This document shows, piece by piece, positions 1 to 10,430 of a DNA stretch of 64,000 nucleotides. This DNA comes from Mayamaea pseudoterrestris (lineage: Eukaryota): assembly GCA_027923505.1 (NCBI GenBank), contig BROI01000020.1, forward strand, positions 248,001-312,000, written 5' to 3'. Made by a program: the position numbers and the translations under genes. The notes under the pieces are model-generated. The model was not told the origin of the DNA, made no database searches, and worked only from the letters and a program-made list of their open reading frames with translations. How positions within the stretch are numbered: the stretch's first letter is position 1; every line of letters starts with the position of its first letter.

Positions 1-1565
1 TCAATCTCAACGCCAAGACTATCGACATTGCGCGACGCCTGGCGACAAAAAGCTCGCCCTCCAGTAGCGCTAAAGTTGTTCCTTTGTGTGGGTCGGTAAC
101 CACAACGCTCTCCTAGTTCACGATAGTTTGCATTATTTTCCGCATTGGAACGACTGTTCATTAGGAGTGATTCATGGTAGTTCGTGTAGAAAGGTATTTT
201 GTCACCCGGTTTATCCTGTGCGATGATGTGGGAGATGAACGCCTTCAAAGCAGAGCGAGTTTCGTCCGCTTCCTCGTCGCCCCTCAGTCTCTTGATCACT
301 TCTACTTTGGCTTTCTTCTCAGCAGCTTTGATTTTCACCAGCAGTGCTGCTGGTGTCTCAAAAATGTTGGGATCGATGGAAAGCTGCTCTCGTCCCTCAT
401 ACACGTCAATAGCGCTTCGAATCATCCCCTTGCGCTCAAGGAGTATCAGGGTAATAACGACCAAGTTCATCTCCAAACTGTCTGCTTCCATAAACGACAC
501 GATGTATGTCCCGAGGCCTTTCTCCTTCATGTAGCAGTGTATAAAGGACATCATGCGAAACTTTTGTCCACCGGGTACCGGTACTTCAATGCGCAATTGC
601 CATGAGCTGGCTGCGATAGTGTTACGTTCAATGCTGCGCTTGCCCGTCACCTGACCCACCAGTTGATAGTGAATCAGTTCCAAGTAGCGGGTTGGAATAA
701 TACCGTTATCCTCGGACATGAGGAGCGAGTTGAGCATATGCAGCGTGTCTTTGTACGTAATGACAACGTGTGGATTCGACAAGCCACTAATCAGATCCTT
801 CGTCTCCTGAACCATCAAGTTTCGAATCAGATTCTTCAGAGCCTCCTTCGCACGATCATTCACTGACTTGGACGGCGTGCGGCCGATTAGAGAATTCAAC
901 GCTATCATGCGTGTACGTTTCGTGAAGGCACGTGTCGTTACGTCCTGGCTAAAGTACAAGACGCTTTTGATAATGATCATGCTCCCATCCTCCTCCGCAA
1001 AATCACCTCCAATGACTTTATTATAGAAGATTTTGGTCTTTTCCCACATGTTCAACTCCGCGACAGACTTCAAATCGAATGCTTCATCTGCATTTGCAGC
1101 AGTGGCCCGCAAGAAATAGTCATCGAACTCGTCTCCAACGAAATTGCCCATTTCCGTCTCCTCCTCTTCCTCGCCAGTCGTTTTGGGGCCGGCAACACGC
1201 TGCGATTCCATATGATGAATAGTTTCGGGCGCATTTGAACGTGCTTGATGCGCGGTAGCACTCGTGGTTGCAGGCGGCGGAGGCAGCATCGGAAAATTCT
1301 CCGGAAGACTTGCCATGCTACAGGTAGTCCTAAAGTGCTTTCGTAGTTTAATTCGATCACCAACTTTCAAGCCAGCCTCATTAAAGTCCGCATCAGCTGC
1401 GTCTGCGACAATTGAAGGCGAGATTCCTGCTTCGTCTACCTTTGTCGCCGCTGGAGTGTCGAGTCCGGCAGCCTTTGCGAAAAGAAAGCGATGACTCTTC
1501 AAGGACGGCGGCGTCTTGGGAGGGCCGCCAGCATTCGGAAAAACATTGGCGCTATTCTCACTCAT
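1..1565 (-). CDS. Partial (runs off window edge) ORFan of at least 521 aa with a SAM-like N-terminal motif
   Basis: Manual translation from ATG at 1565 (MSENSANVFPNAGGPPKTPP...) stays open to position 1, which is why it is missing from the ORF track. The segment KVDEAGISPSIVADAADADFNEAGLKVGDRIKLRKHF resembles SAM helices 3-5. Confidence 0.75.
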   Translation of the reverse strand, partial: MSENSANVFPNAGGPPKTPPSLKSHRFLFAKAAGLDTPAATKVDEAGISPSIVADAADADFNEAGLKVGDRIKLRKHFRTTCSMASLPENFPMLPPPPATTSATAHQARSNAPETIHHMESQRVAGPKTTGEEEEETEMGNFVGDEFDDYFLRATAANADEAFDLKSVAELNMWEKTKIFYNKVIGGDFAEEDGSMIIIKSVLYFSQDVTTRAFTKRTRMIALNSLIGRTPSKSVNDRAKEALKNLIRNLMVQETKDLISGLSNPHVVITYKDTLHMLNSLLMSEDNGIIPTRYLELIHYQLVGQVTGKRSIERNTIAASSWQLRIEVPVPGGQKFRMMSFIHCYMKEKGLGTYIVSFMEADSLEMNLVVITLILLERKGMIRSAIDVYEGREQLSIDPNIFETPAALLVKIKAAEKKAKVEVIKRLRGDEEADETRSALKAFISHIIAQDKPGDKIPFYTNYHESLLMNSRSNAENNANYRELGERCGYRPTQRNNFSATGGRAFCRQASRNVDSLGVEI

Positions 1566-1954
1566 GATCGTATCAAGTCTGTATTAGTATGAGAGCAGAT
1601 CGAAGGACGAATCTAAATATATGCGTGTATGCGCGGAGCAACTATGTCGCCGCGAACAGAATTCTGTCTAGGGGGCTCGGTTTATGGTTGTGGTTGTAAA
1701 TGAATAGATGTAAATGAATAGTGTATTTGTCTACACTTAGTTTCACAGTGAGTATGGAATGCACGTCCATAAATAAATTTTTTCGCTGACGTAAGAAACA
1801 TCCGTTGACGTTCGGCGTCGCTCACGATACTTTCGCTGAAAAATCGTGCCAACTGGAAACGAGCGGACTGGAAGAGGTGAAGAATCCTCAACGTTCCCTT
1901 CGATAGATATATGTATGTTGCCTCTCCACGCTTAACATCTTCGCTACAACCACA

Positions 1955-4649
1955 ATGCCGAGACGAGTTACTTCCACAAAAGCGAAGAGCAAAAAAGCAG
2001 CACGTATCGTACAACAAAAGAACCAGCTTCTTGTACAGGAAAGACCCATGGTGATTCCCATGATGCAATCTTTTATCAACTTAGTAACCGGTCTCAATCA
2101 CCAACAGAACCACCGAGACACCCCATTGCCTGCAACCAACGAAGAGGTCGACTCCGGCAACCACGGAGACGAAACGGCCATTACGGAGAATCACACGGCG
2201 TCAAAGACAACAACAACAATCTCAGACGCAACCCCACAAGAGACAGAGTCGGAGACAATGGATTCTGATCCTCAAGAAATGAATGAACTTGATTCCAATC
2301 AGTCAAATCTCGAGTCCAACCCCGACGAGGTTGACGACGACCATCAGTTCAATACTGACGAGGCTGAATACACGCCCGATGATGACGATGACGAGGATGA
2401 TGATTACATCGATGCCGGAGTTTCTCATTCGCGTCGAAATCAATCCACAGGCCACACTTCCACATTAAAGGAGATATCGTCTCGGACACGGCCGACAAGA
2501 AGCTCAACTACACCAAAAGGAATCAAAGCAGAAAGTAGCAATCCCTTATTCAAACTTGACTCGGAAGCAAATTTATCGGACAACCCGTCATACTTCGAAC
2601 TCGAAGAGCACGAACAGGAGATGCATCTGAGAGTTTTGGAAAAGCTCGAGGAAATCGAGTCTAGTCTTGGTGAAAATAACATTGAATCCATCCTGAAGCT
2701 CCCTGTGCCTGACAAATACGAGTCGTATTTTGCTCATGTCAAAAATACGAAATCACAATTCCAAACATTACGATCGGTCGCAACAACCACTGACTTCATC
2801 AACGAGTCACAGAAACATATGTATTGGCACAATAAAATGATCGCGAACGAAGACTTCTACAAGGCCATATCCGGTCTTTTCGTGGCGTATGTCTTGTCAT
2901 GCAACGACCTTGATGCGCCGCTTCTTGGAGTTGATAACGGAAATGATATATTGATGAAATATACACTAAAAGTCATTGGTAAGTGAATCGCTCTACAGTT
3001 TCTTCCTTGTTTGCTTTGCCCACTAACTCATGCTCATTTCCATCTTCTCGTCAGTCGCAGCAAAGGATAGTAAAGATTGCGACAATTTGATGTGCATGAT
3101 TAACTATTGGGCAACTGAAGCAATCAAAGAAGGGTTGGAGATGGAGAGTGCAACCTGTATAATTCCCGACGCATATGAATTCGATCACAGCACGAACATT
3201 CTGGACCGAAAGGCTGATGTCATCCTGCGTATGCATTCATATGGAAACATTATGGCTCTGTTTTTATCGATCGCGAATATTGTACTTCTTGGCAACGAAG
3301 GAGCTGGAAAAGCCTTTGATGAATACACCAAACGTAACCAATGCTTTGTTCGTCGGTTCTTGACTGCTGCATTCAATCCTAAAAGCATCGACAACAAGAA
3401 ATCATGGTACTGTATGAAGCATCGTTCTTCAGCTCGCGCGATGTGCCACTTGGCATATGCGCCTATCTTGAAAGACGTAAGTGGAAAGCATGTCCTGTGC
3501 CGCGGTTCGTGTTAGGTCGTTATCTGACTGATCCATGACTGATCCACGTCTTCTCAGCCTCTTTTCAAAGACCCGTACAGTAACTTGGAAAGCCATTGCA
3601 AAAATAAACTGGAGTTTTGCAACTTGATCATCAAGACGGTGGCTCAATCGTTGATTGCGTCTTCTCTTTTTGCGAACGTTATAATTCATATCATGGGGTC
3701 GTCCTTCTCTCGTCAGCGTTGCAACCTTGTAATCGATCGCACCGGAAAAGAAGATTTACAATTCACAAAGGCGAAGCTTGATATTCTCAACAAGAAGGAG
3801 ATTAACGAGGTTCGTCAGAAACAGATCCTTCAATTGTTCGAATGGTTGCAAAAGGAGTTTCCGGTGGCAGAGAAAGTAAGCGAACAAATCGCAACGGGGT
3901 TTGGTACGGATTTGATTGTGTCGTTGCTTTTGCGTCAGTTCATAGCTCCAAAATCCACATTCTGTCAGTCACTGAAAGTTCTAAAAGAAGCGACGAAAGC
4001 ATCATCTATCAATCGATCAAGTGCAAAGCGAAAATTCGAGCAATCAGATGCCGCGGAACCTGTCGGTGCAAAGACTGGTAATTGGGATCCACATAACGAG
4101 AACGTGAAAACTGGTGGATCGTTCATGCAGGTATTCACTGAGGTGGCATTCAAGACACTGGCTGCCGTGTGCTCAGATTCGGAAGCCGAGGGTCTCGAAA
4201 AAGGTGGATTTAAAAAAACGGTCTATAATCACTTCAGGAATGATGGCGACAAGGAATATATGACCAAATGGATGAAGATGTTCTATAACTCAATGAAGGT
4301 TACCATCGACACTTTCAAAAGAAGCGCAGTATTCGACATGTTCACACGGTTGTTCGATTCAGCTCTGCAGCATTATGCCGACGGGGATTTGACCATGACA
4401 CCCTCAATTCTATTCAGAATTGCAGCCAATTCTCTAAATGATGATGCTCGGATTACAGAAATCGAAGCAGAGTATGAAGCGGATCTGAAAGCTTGTAAGC
4501 GTTGCATTGAAAATTGCAAGGGCGATGTCAAAGAAACATTGACACTTGCGAAGAAGACTCCCCAGTTTTATATCAAGTTCTTCACCGACGACGACCCGGT
4601 CTATCATATGTTTTCAACATTCATTGATATTGGTCTGACACACATGTAA
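1955..4649 (+). CDS. Three-exon hypothetical protein (~845 aa): acidic/disordered N-terminus, no recognisable domain
   Basis: ORFs 1955-2986, 3030-3515 and 3585-4649 join in frame through GT-AG introns 2979-3054 (alternative acceptor 3060; branch-like CACTAAC near 3021) and 3477-3557. Confidence 0.75.
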
Positions 4650-4787
4650 TAAACCGATGTATACACACGACAGAGCGAATATGAGGAGCGAGTGATGGTT
4701 GTGCCGATCCTATAGTCTATGTTCGAATTAAAGTGATAACTTATAATCATCGTTATCTTATATCTTCACTTTCTGTATAGACCGACA

Positions 4788-5546
4788 TTACGTATCTCCA
4801 AGTCCAAGGTCTCTGGCAAATCGATGCTCCGTTGGACGACCAAATATGCCACCCAACAATTCGGGGTAGGAGGTGGCGAAGTCATGGTTAAGGACCTCAA
4901 AGTCGTACATGGATTTGATCAAGGCCTCGATGGTGTTATCCTGGAAAACTATAAATGGATATTTTGTAAGTATAAGATTAACACACCAAACATTGAACAA
5001 ACAGGAAAACTTACAATCATCAAGTGGTCGAACCCGATCTCTGGGACTGTAGTCCATCTTGCGAATGTTGGGAGGTGGATACTTGCTTGTCTTGTCGCCA
5101 CGCAGGATTTCTTCCATGATTGCCATCGTCTCCATTCGCTCCGTTGGTGCAGGAGGTGCTTCAAATTTACGAACAAACACGGCTCTTGGGTATGCTTCCC
5201 CAGATGTGACGTTCAACTGCAACATACTCTCGCTCGTTCCTGGAACACGACGGTTGAAAACCTTGAGATCGATTACTTTTGCGCGTGCCGACAGCTTGTG
5301 CGGATTCTTGATGCCATCCTTCAATGGAAAGTTATACGCGTCCTTTCGTTCCGTGCTATCTTCGTAGGTTATAATCTGCAACGCAAGATCCGGATGGACA
5401 GGGTGCGTTACAAGTCTGGCTTCCGTTCCTTTTCCTTGTTTGACGTTGCTGCTGCGGGGCGGAGAAGCCCGGACCACTGGGGACGAATTCGCCTTGGTAG
5501 GGCTTTTGGTCTCCTCTTTACTCTTGGCAGGGGTCGTCTTGGTCAT
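4788..5546 (-). CDS. Hypothetical protein (~230 aa) with basic S/P/K-rich N-terminus
   Basis: 252-aa ORF containing an in-frame 66-nt GTAAG...TAG intron (5014-4949); splicing gives ...PLDDFFQDNTIE... Confidence 0.65.
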   Translation of the reverse strand: MTKTTPAKSKEETKSPTKANSSPVVRASPPRSSNVKQGKGTEARLVTHPVHPDLALQIITYEDSTERKDAYNFPLKDGIKNPHKLSARAKVIDLKVFNRRVPGTSESMLQLNVTSGEAYPRAVFVRKFEAPPAPTERMETMAIMEEILRGDKTSKYPPPNIRKMDYSPRDRVRPLDDCKFSCLFNVWCVNLILTKYPFIVFQDNTIEALIKSMYDFEVLNHDFATSYPELLGGIFGRPTEHRFARDLGLGDT

Positions 5547-5857
5547 GTTTCAGGATTGATTTTATGAGATGTTTCCTCGCAACTTGCTGTACTTACATCA
5601 CCAATTTAATCAATATTCGGCCTCCAAATATTCAGTGCAAGACTCGACAACATATACGGATCTTAACTTTCGTCGACCTGTTCGGTAATCGTACATCCGT
5701 TTACTAACCGACTCAGAAATATAAGACCAAAACAACGTTCTACAACACTCAACGGATCTACGAATTTTTCGTTTGGGAAAACGACTCGGACGATTTTGAC
5801 CAAAGAGAATTCACAACTGTGGAAAAATAACTTCAACGGTTCCCCGGCGCGAATTAA

Positions 5858-6574
5858 ATGGAATCAGCTTTCGCACGGAAGCCTCACAATATCACGGTCA
5901 AACACGATAACTTGATGGACATGAACCCTCATAAACTGCAAGGATGTACAACAAGAACAGTAGATGACGTACTCATTCGAGAAATATACTTTCGCATGAA
6001 ACTTTCGTCCAAAGTCATCATCGAATATATCGTTACAAATCGGAACGCAACTCACATGAATACCGCATTGCTGCAAAGTTTCACGGGTGCAATCATATAC
6101 GAGACGTGCATCGCAGCAGATTTGCTAGGAGTCAACCTTTTGATTATGGCGAAAGATAAGTCGGACTTAAATTCCAGAAAATATCCGGAAATGACTAACA
6201 TTGCCCCGCACCGAATAGACAAGTACACTACGCTTTCATGCGCAACGGGAATCACAGCGGACACATGTCCTGATGGAGCGTATCAAGACTGCATTCGACA
6301 ACCTTTCTCGAGCAACTCAACTTACGTCCATAGCATCGTAGACGAACTGACCCAAATATCAACAACCTTTGCCGAAAAACGAGGCTTCCTCAAGTTTGAT
6401 ACGGTTGCGAATTTAGTCATTGCAATTGACAACGAAGTAGCAGAATTCGCAGACTGCTTCAACTGGTTACCCGACAACGCATCGTCCAAGTTATACTCTA
6501 TGGACCACATTATCAAAGCCGGATATGAATTGGCTGACATTATGTTGCTTACTGTACGCTTGCTAAACAGATAG
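5858..6574 (+). CDS. MazG/DCTPP1-like all-alpha NTP pyrophosphohydrolase (divergent)
   Basis: The C-terminal half FAEKRGFLKFDTVANLVIAIDNEVAEFADCFNW...YELADIMLLTVRL matches the DCTPP1/RS21-C6 pattern, with ExxE and ExxD intact. The upstream DLLGVNL...KDKSDLNSRKYP resembles the DCTPP1 C-terminal helix. Confidence 0.7.
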   Translation: MESAFARKPHNITVKHDNLMDMNPHKLQGCTTRTVDDVLIREIYFRMKLSSKVIIEYIVTNRNATHMNTALLQSFTGAIIYETCIAADLLGVNLLIMAKDKSDLNSRKYPEMTNIAPHRIDKYTTLSCATGITADTCPDGAYQDCIRQPFSSNSTYVHSIVDELTQISTTFAEKRGFLKFDTVANLVIAIDNEVAEFADCFNWLPDNASSKLYSMDHIIKAGYELADIMLLTVRLLNR

Positions 6575-7211
6575 ATAAACAGATATCAAGTCAACAGCAC
6601 TAACGTTACATCACTAGTCTTTTCGAATTATCCAAGGTGGTGAATAAGAACAGAACATGGCGATTTCGTCAATATTCTCGTATTCCAACGACCGCCATTC
6701 GAATATTCACCTGGGTCCTGAATCTGTGTTTCTATCTCTAGCACCGGTGTGTTGTGGCCCTGTGTTTCTATTTCAAGCGTCCCTGTGCTGGGTGAAGGTT
6801 CTTCCAGACCAATGGACATGACGGCATCCAATACATCCGCTTTTCGTTTCATATAATGAGTCTGCGAACGGATCAACTATAGATTCTTCTTGAATGACCG
6901 TTACAATTGGACGGAAACGAGATGGCTTGAGTTCTGCTTGTATATTATTAGAACACGACGATCGAGCTGCCCAACCAGAACGAGTTTATCCTCTTCCCCA
7001 TGCCACAATTGGTGGGGGCGTACCGTTGAATGACATTTCCGTCATCGCCGAAAAAAGAATAACAGCCCTTTTCTACAAACTGGAATTTCGGACGTACATC
7101 GAACGCCTTCCAAGCCTACCATTCCACTCTCGTTGTCATCAAATATTCGTCTTCTATGCTTGAACAATATTTTAACTCTTGTCGCTACATCAAACAATAC
7201 AATTCGAAATA

Positions 7212-7465
7212 ATGAATGACTGTGGCATCTGCCATTGTTCAATGACAGAGAGACAGCGCTCGATGGTAAATTCCTGCGAACCACGAATTTTGCATCCGTT
7301 GCATTCGAAAAATGGAGCGAGACAGAGGCAAAGAAGAAACAATGTCCTCGTTGTCCATTATGTCGGAGATGGTACACGATAATAATCAAGTGCAAGGAAT
7401 TGTCGAACCGCGAACTATTCACAATAAGAGTTTTCGTAGAGCAACCGTCGGAAAATACAGAATAG
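7212..7465 (+). pseudogene. Frameshifted C3HC4 RING-finger gene
   Basis: Removing two single extra bases (near 7278 and 7308-7312) gives MNDCGICHCSMTERQRSMVNSCNHEFCIRCIRKWSETEAKKKQCPRCPLCRRW, a complete RING-HC spacing. Confidence 0.7.
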
Positions 7466-8287
7466 AATACTCTTGTTGCTACTATCGTTGTATCATAGCC
7501 GTCTTTACAATATGTCCAGGGCGTGTCGCACGCGTATACCTACAAAGTTGGGCTTCTGCATGCGCAGAAACGATTTCGTCAACGCCTAACTCGAGCGAAT
7601 CACTATCCGAGATTAAACGTTCCAACGGCTCGAAAAGCGCATCGATTATCCAAACCTTCCGGATGCGTCGATGAGTCAATTGTCGGCGTGGCGTTCAGAC
7701 AAATACTACCTATTATTCGCTGGAGCAGATGAATCGCGAATGATGCCTTTGCTTGCCGGCTGCGGAACTTTGTGGTGGATAAGGCTGGCATGTATGCGGT
7801 AACCAAGTTATGGTCACAAGTTGAAAATAGCCAACGAAGCGATAATGTCAATGCATACAAGTATGTGTCAAGTGTCAAGTTATCCAACCTAAGAAAATCG
7901 ACTTTCAATATAAACGAGTTGGCGAATTCGACCGTTGAGTTTTCTCCAAATGAGGAAATCGCCTTTGGATATAAACTAATCGCAATTGTACTCCTTCAGG
8001 AACCGACAGCTATGTAACGAGGCAATTACGATTGTCCATAAAATCTAATCGCCTGTAAATCCCAGACAAAACAAACAACACTTACACCTGAAGACGGTTG
8101 ATACCTGTGTCGTAATACGATTACTTGCGACATTTAACGGTTACGATGTGGAGCTTGTACCAAGCTCCACCCGCAGTTCACACTAGCTGTAAGTCATTCG
8201 CCGATATTGTTGACTGATATAGAAGCCTTATAATTGGTGAACAATAATGATGATTGAATTGACAAAACAGGCAACAACAGATTAGAA

Positions 8288-8677
8288 GTGGCGATGGAAG
8301 AGTGGGAAGAGGAGATTGTCTGGAATGGAACTGGAGCTGAAGGACAAAAGTACATGCAACACGATATAGAAATTTTGTTTCTGACCTGTGATGACTGGAT
8401 GCGGCACGGTGGACCTGCCGCCGATCTCGTGATGCTATTCAATGAGATTCGAGACCAAGTGTATGGAATGCCAGAGTATTTTGTAGATGCCGTGAACGAA
8501 ATGCTAGACAAGACAGAGCCAGAATTGTATCGTCGCATAGTATGTGAAGGCAGGGAAGGCAGTCATTGGTACTTGCTCAGGGTCATGAACCGTTTCGAGT
8601 GTTCTCCATACAATTGGGACGGAAATGAGTGGCGTTTAGCTAAATATAATCCGGAATTGATGGAAGACTTCACCTAA
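8288..8677 (+). CDS. ~129-aa Trp/acid-rich ORFan (intact copy, repeat unit 1)
   Basis: Open ORF EEWEEEIVWNG...CDDWMRHGGPAADL...WYLLRVMNRF. Homologous broken copies lie in units 2 and 3. Confidence 0.55.
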   Translation: MAMEEWEEEIVWNGTGAEGQKYMQHDIEILFLTCDDWMRHGGPAADLVMLFNEIRDQVYGMPEYFVDAVNEMLDKTEPELYRRIVCEGREGSHWYLLRVMNRFECSPYNWDGNEWRLAKYNPELMEDFT

Positions 8678-9134
8678 ACATGTCACGTTAATCTTGAGCT
8701 CTATCAAACTAGTACGGAAGATGTTATTTTCATAAGTTACTACTGCAACCATCATGACGGGTTCGCCCAATAACTCAGTAGGCCGACATTCACAAAATCA
8801 CGAGTTGTCGAATCCGAAGGCGTCGCCTTTGGATATAAACTAATCGACGATTGTACTCCTTCAGGAACCGACAGCTATATAACGAGGCAATTACGATTGT
8901 CCATAAACTCTATTCGCCTGTAAATCCCAGGCAAACAAACAACACTACACCAGAAGATGGTTGATACCTGTGTCGTACCACGATTACACGACATTTAACG
9001 GTTACGATGTGGAGCTTGTGCCAAGCTCCACCCGCAGTTCACACTAGCTGTAGTTATTTCGCCAATATTGTTGACTTTCATAAAAGCCTCCTAATTGGTG
9101 AACAATAATTCTGACTGAAACAATAGCAATCGTA

Positions 9135-9553
9135 ATGGCGAAGTCAGGAAGCAAAACAGGCAGCAACCGATTCGAGGAGACGATGGAAGAGTGGGAGGAG
9201 GAGATTATCTGGAATGGAGGTAAAGAACACAGGTCTTTCAAATACAATTTGGACATCTTGTTTCTGTCCTGGATGACTGGATGCGGCACGGTGGACCTGC
9301 CGCCGATCTCTGTGATGCTATTCAAGAGATTCGAGACGAAGTGTATGGAATGCCAGAGGATCTTGAAGTGCCGTGAACGAAATGCTAGACAGGACAGAAC
9401 CAGAATGTATCGTCATAGTATGTGAAGGCAGGGAAGGCAGTCATTGGTACTTGCTCAGGGTCATGAACCGTTTCGAGTGTTCTCATACAATGGGATGCAA
9501 ATGAGCGGCGTTTAGCCAAATATAATCCGGAATTGATGGAAGACTTCACCTAA
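9135..9553 (+). pseudogene. Frameshifted copy of the 8288 ORF (unit 2)
   Basis: Near-identical nucleotide sequence with several 1-2 nt indels; starts MAKSGSKTGSNRFEETMEEWEEEIIWNG. Confidence 0.7.
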
Positions 9554-9970
9554 ACATGTCATAATCTTGAGCTCTATCAAACTAGTATATAAGTTACTAC
9601 TGCAACCATCATGACGGGGTTCGCCCAATAACTCAGTAGGCCGACATTCGCAAAAATCCGTGTTGTCGAATCGAGCGTTGAGTTTTTTTCGAGTTCGGGA
9701 AACGCTCGATATAAACTAATCGACAATTTTACTCCTTCGGGAACGAGCAGCTATACCAGGGATTTCGACCGTCCGTCAATTCTATTCGCCTGCATTACTC
9801 CCTACAAACAATTACAAGCTGATCATCAAGCATGTATGCCTTTCGCCAATATTGTCGACGTTGTGTCCACGAAATATCCTGAAATAGGTAACCAAAGGAG
9901 TATTGACTACTGATGCCATTAAAATTGTAAGCATACACATAGTCACTCTTATCGCAACAACCGCTTTGTA

Positions 9971-10430
9971 ATGGTCAACGAGATCCCGCAACATAGACAC
10001 TCGACTCAGAAGATTCGAAGAGGCCTGCGCGAAGGCCGCAGAAGACGAGGATCGTTTGAACGCGGAAACTACTACAACGACGGAACAGAGTAATCGCGCT
10101 ATTTGACGATGCGCATAACTTGGACCTTATGCTTCTGGCCTGTGGCGATTGGATGCGTAACGGTGGATCTGCAGCCCAACTCGTGGAGCTTATACAATCA
10201 TACGATTCGAAGATGCCTGGGAATAGGAGATGATTGCTTACACCGTAATCAAGAATGTTAGACACGACAGAACCGGAACTGTATCGTCAGATTAGTTGGA
10301 AGGCACCAAGGCAGTCATTGGTATTTACTTCCAATCGTGGCCGACAACGATATCAGCAGAGAGTACACGCGTGGGATGGAGACGAAGGTCGCTTGCTCAA
10401 GCAACGAGATGGAATGGACAGGTTAATTGT
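9971..10430 (+). pseudogene. Highly degenerate third copy of the 8288 ORF (unit 3)
   Basis: Residual matches: CGDWMRNGGSAA, MLDTTEPELYRQI, GCAGTCATTGGTA and WDGDEGRL. Confidence 0.6.

Noticed and set aside
6628..7160. Short ORFs with a duplicated LEIETQ peptide
   Set aside because: No coherent gene model or family; probably degenerate sequence.
8148..8170. Hairpin as a CRESS/bacilladnavirus origin
   Set aside because: The 3-nt loop has no nonanucleotide and no Rep motifs were seen in the window.
7960..9720. Tandem units considered as a CRISPR array or LTRs
   Set aside because: The units are ~870 bp gene-bearing duplicates without unique spacers, TG...CA ends, PBS or gag/pol.
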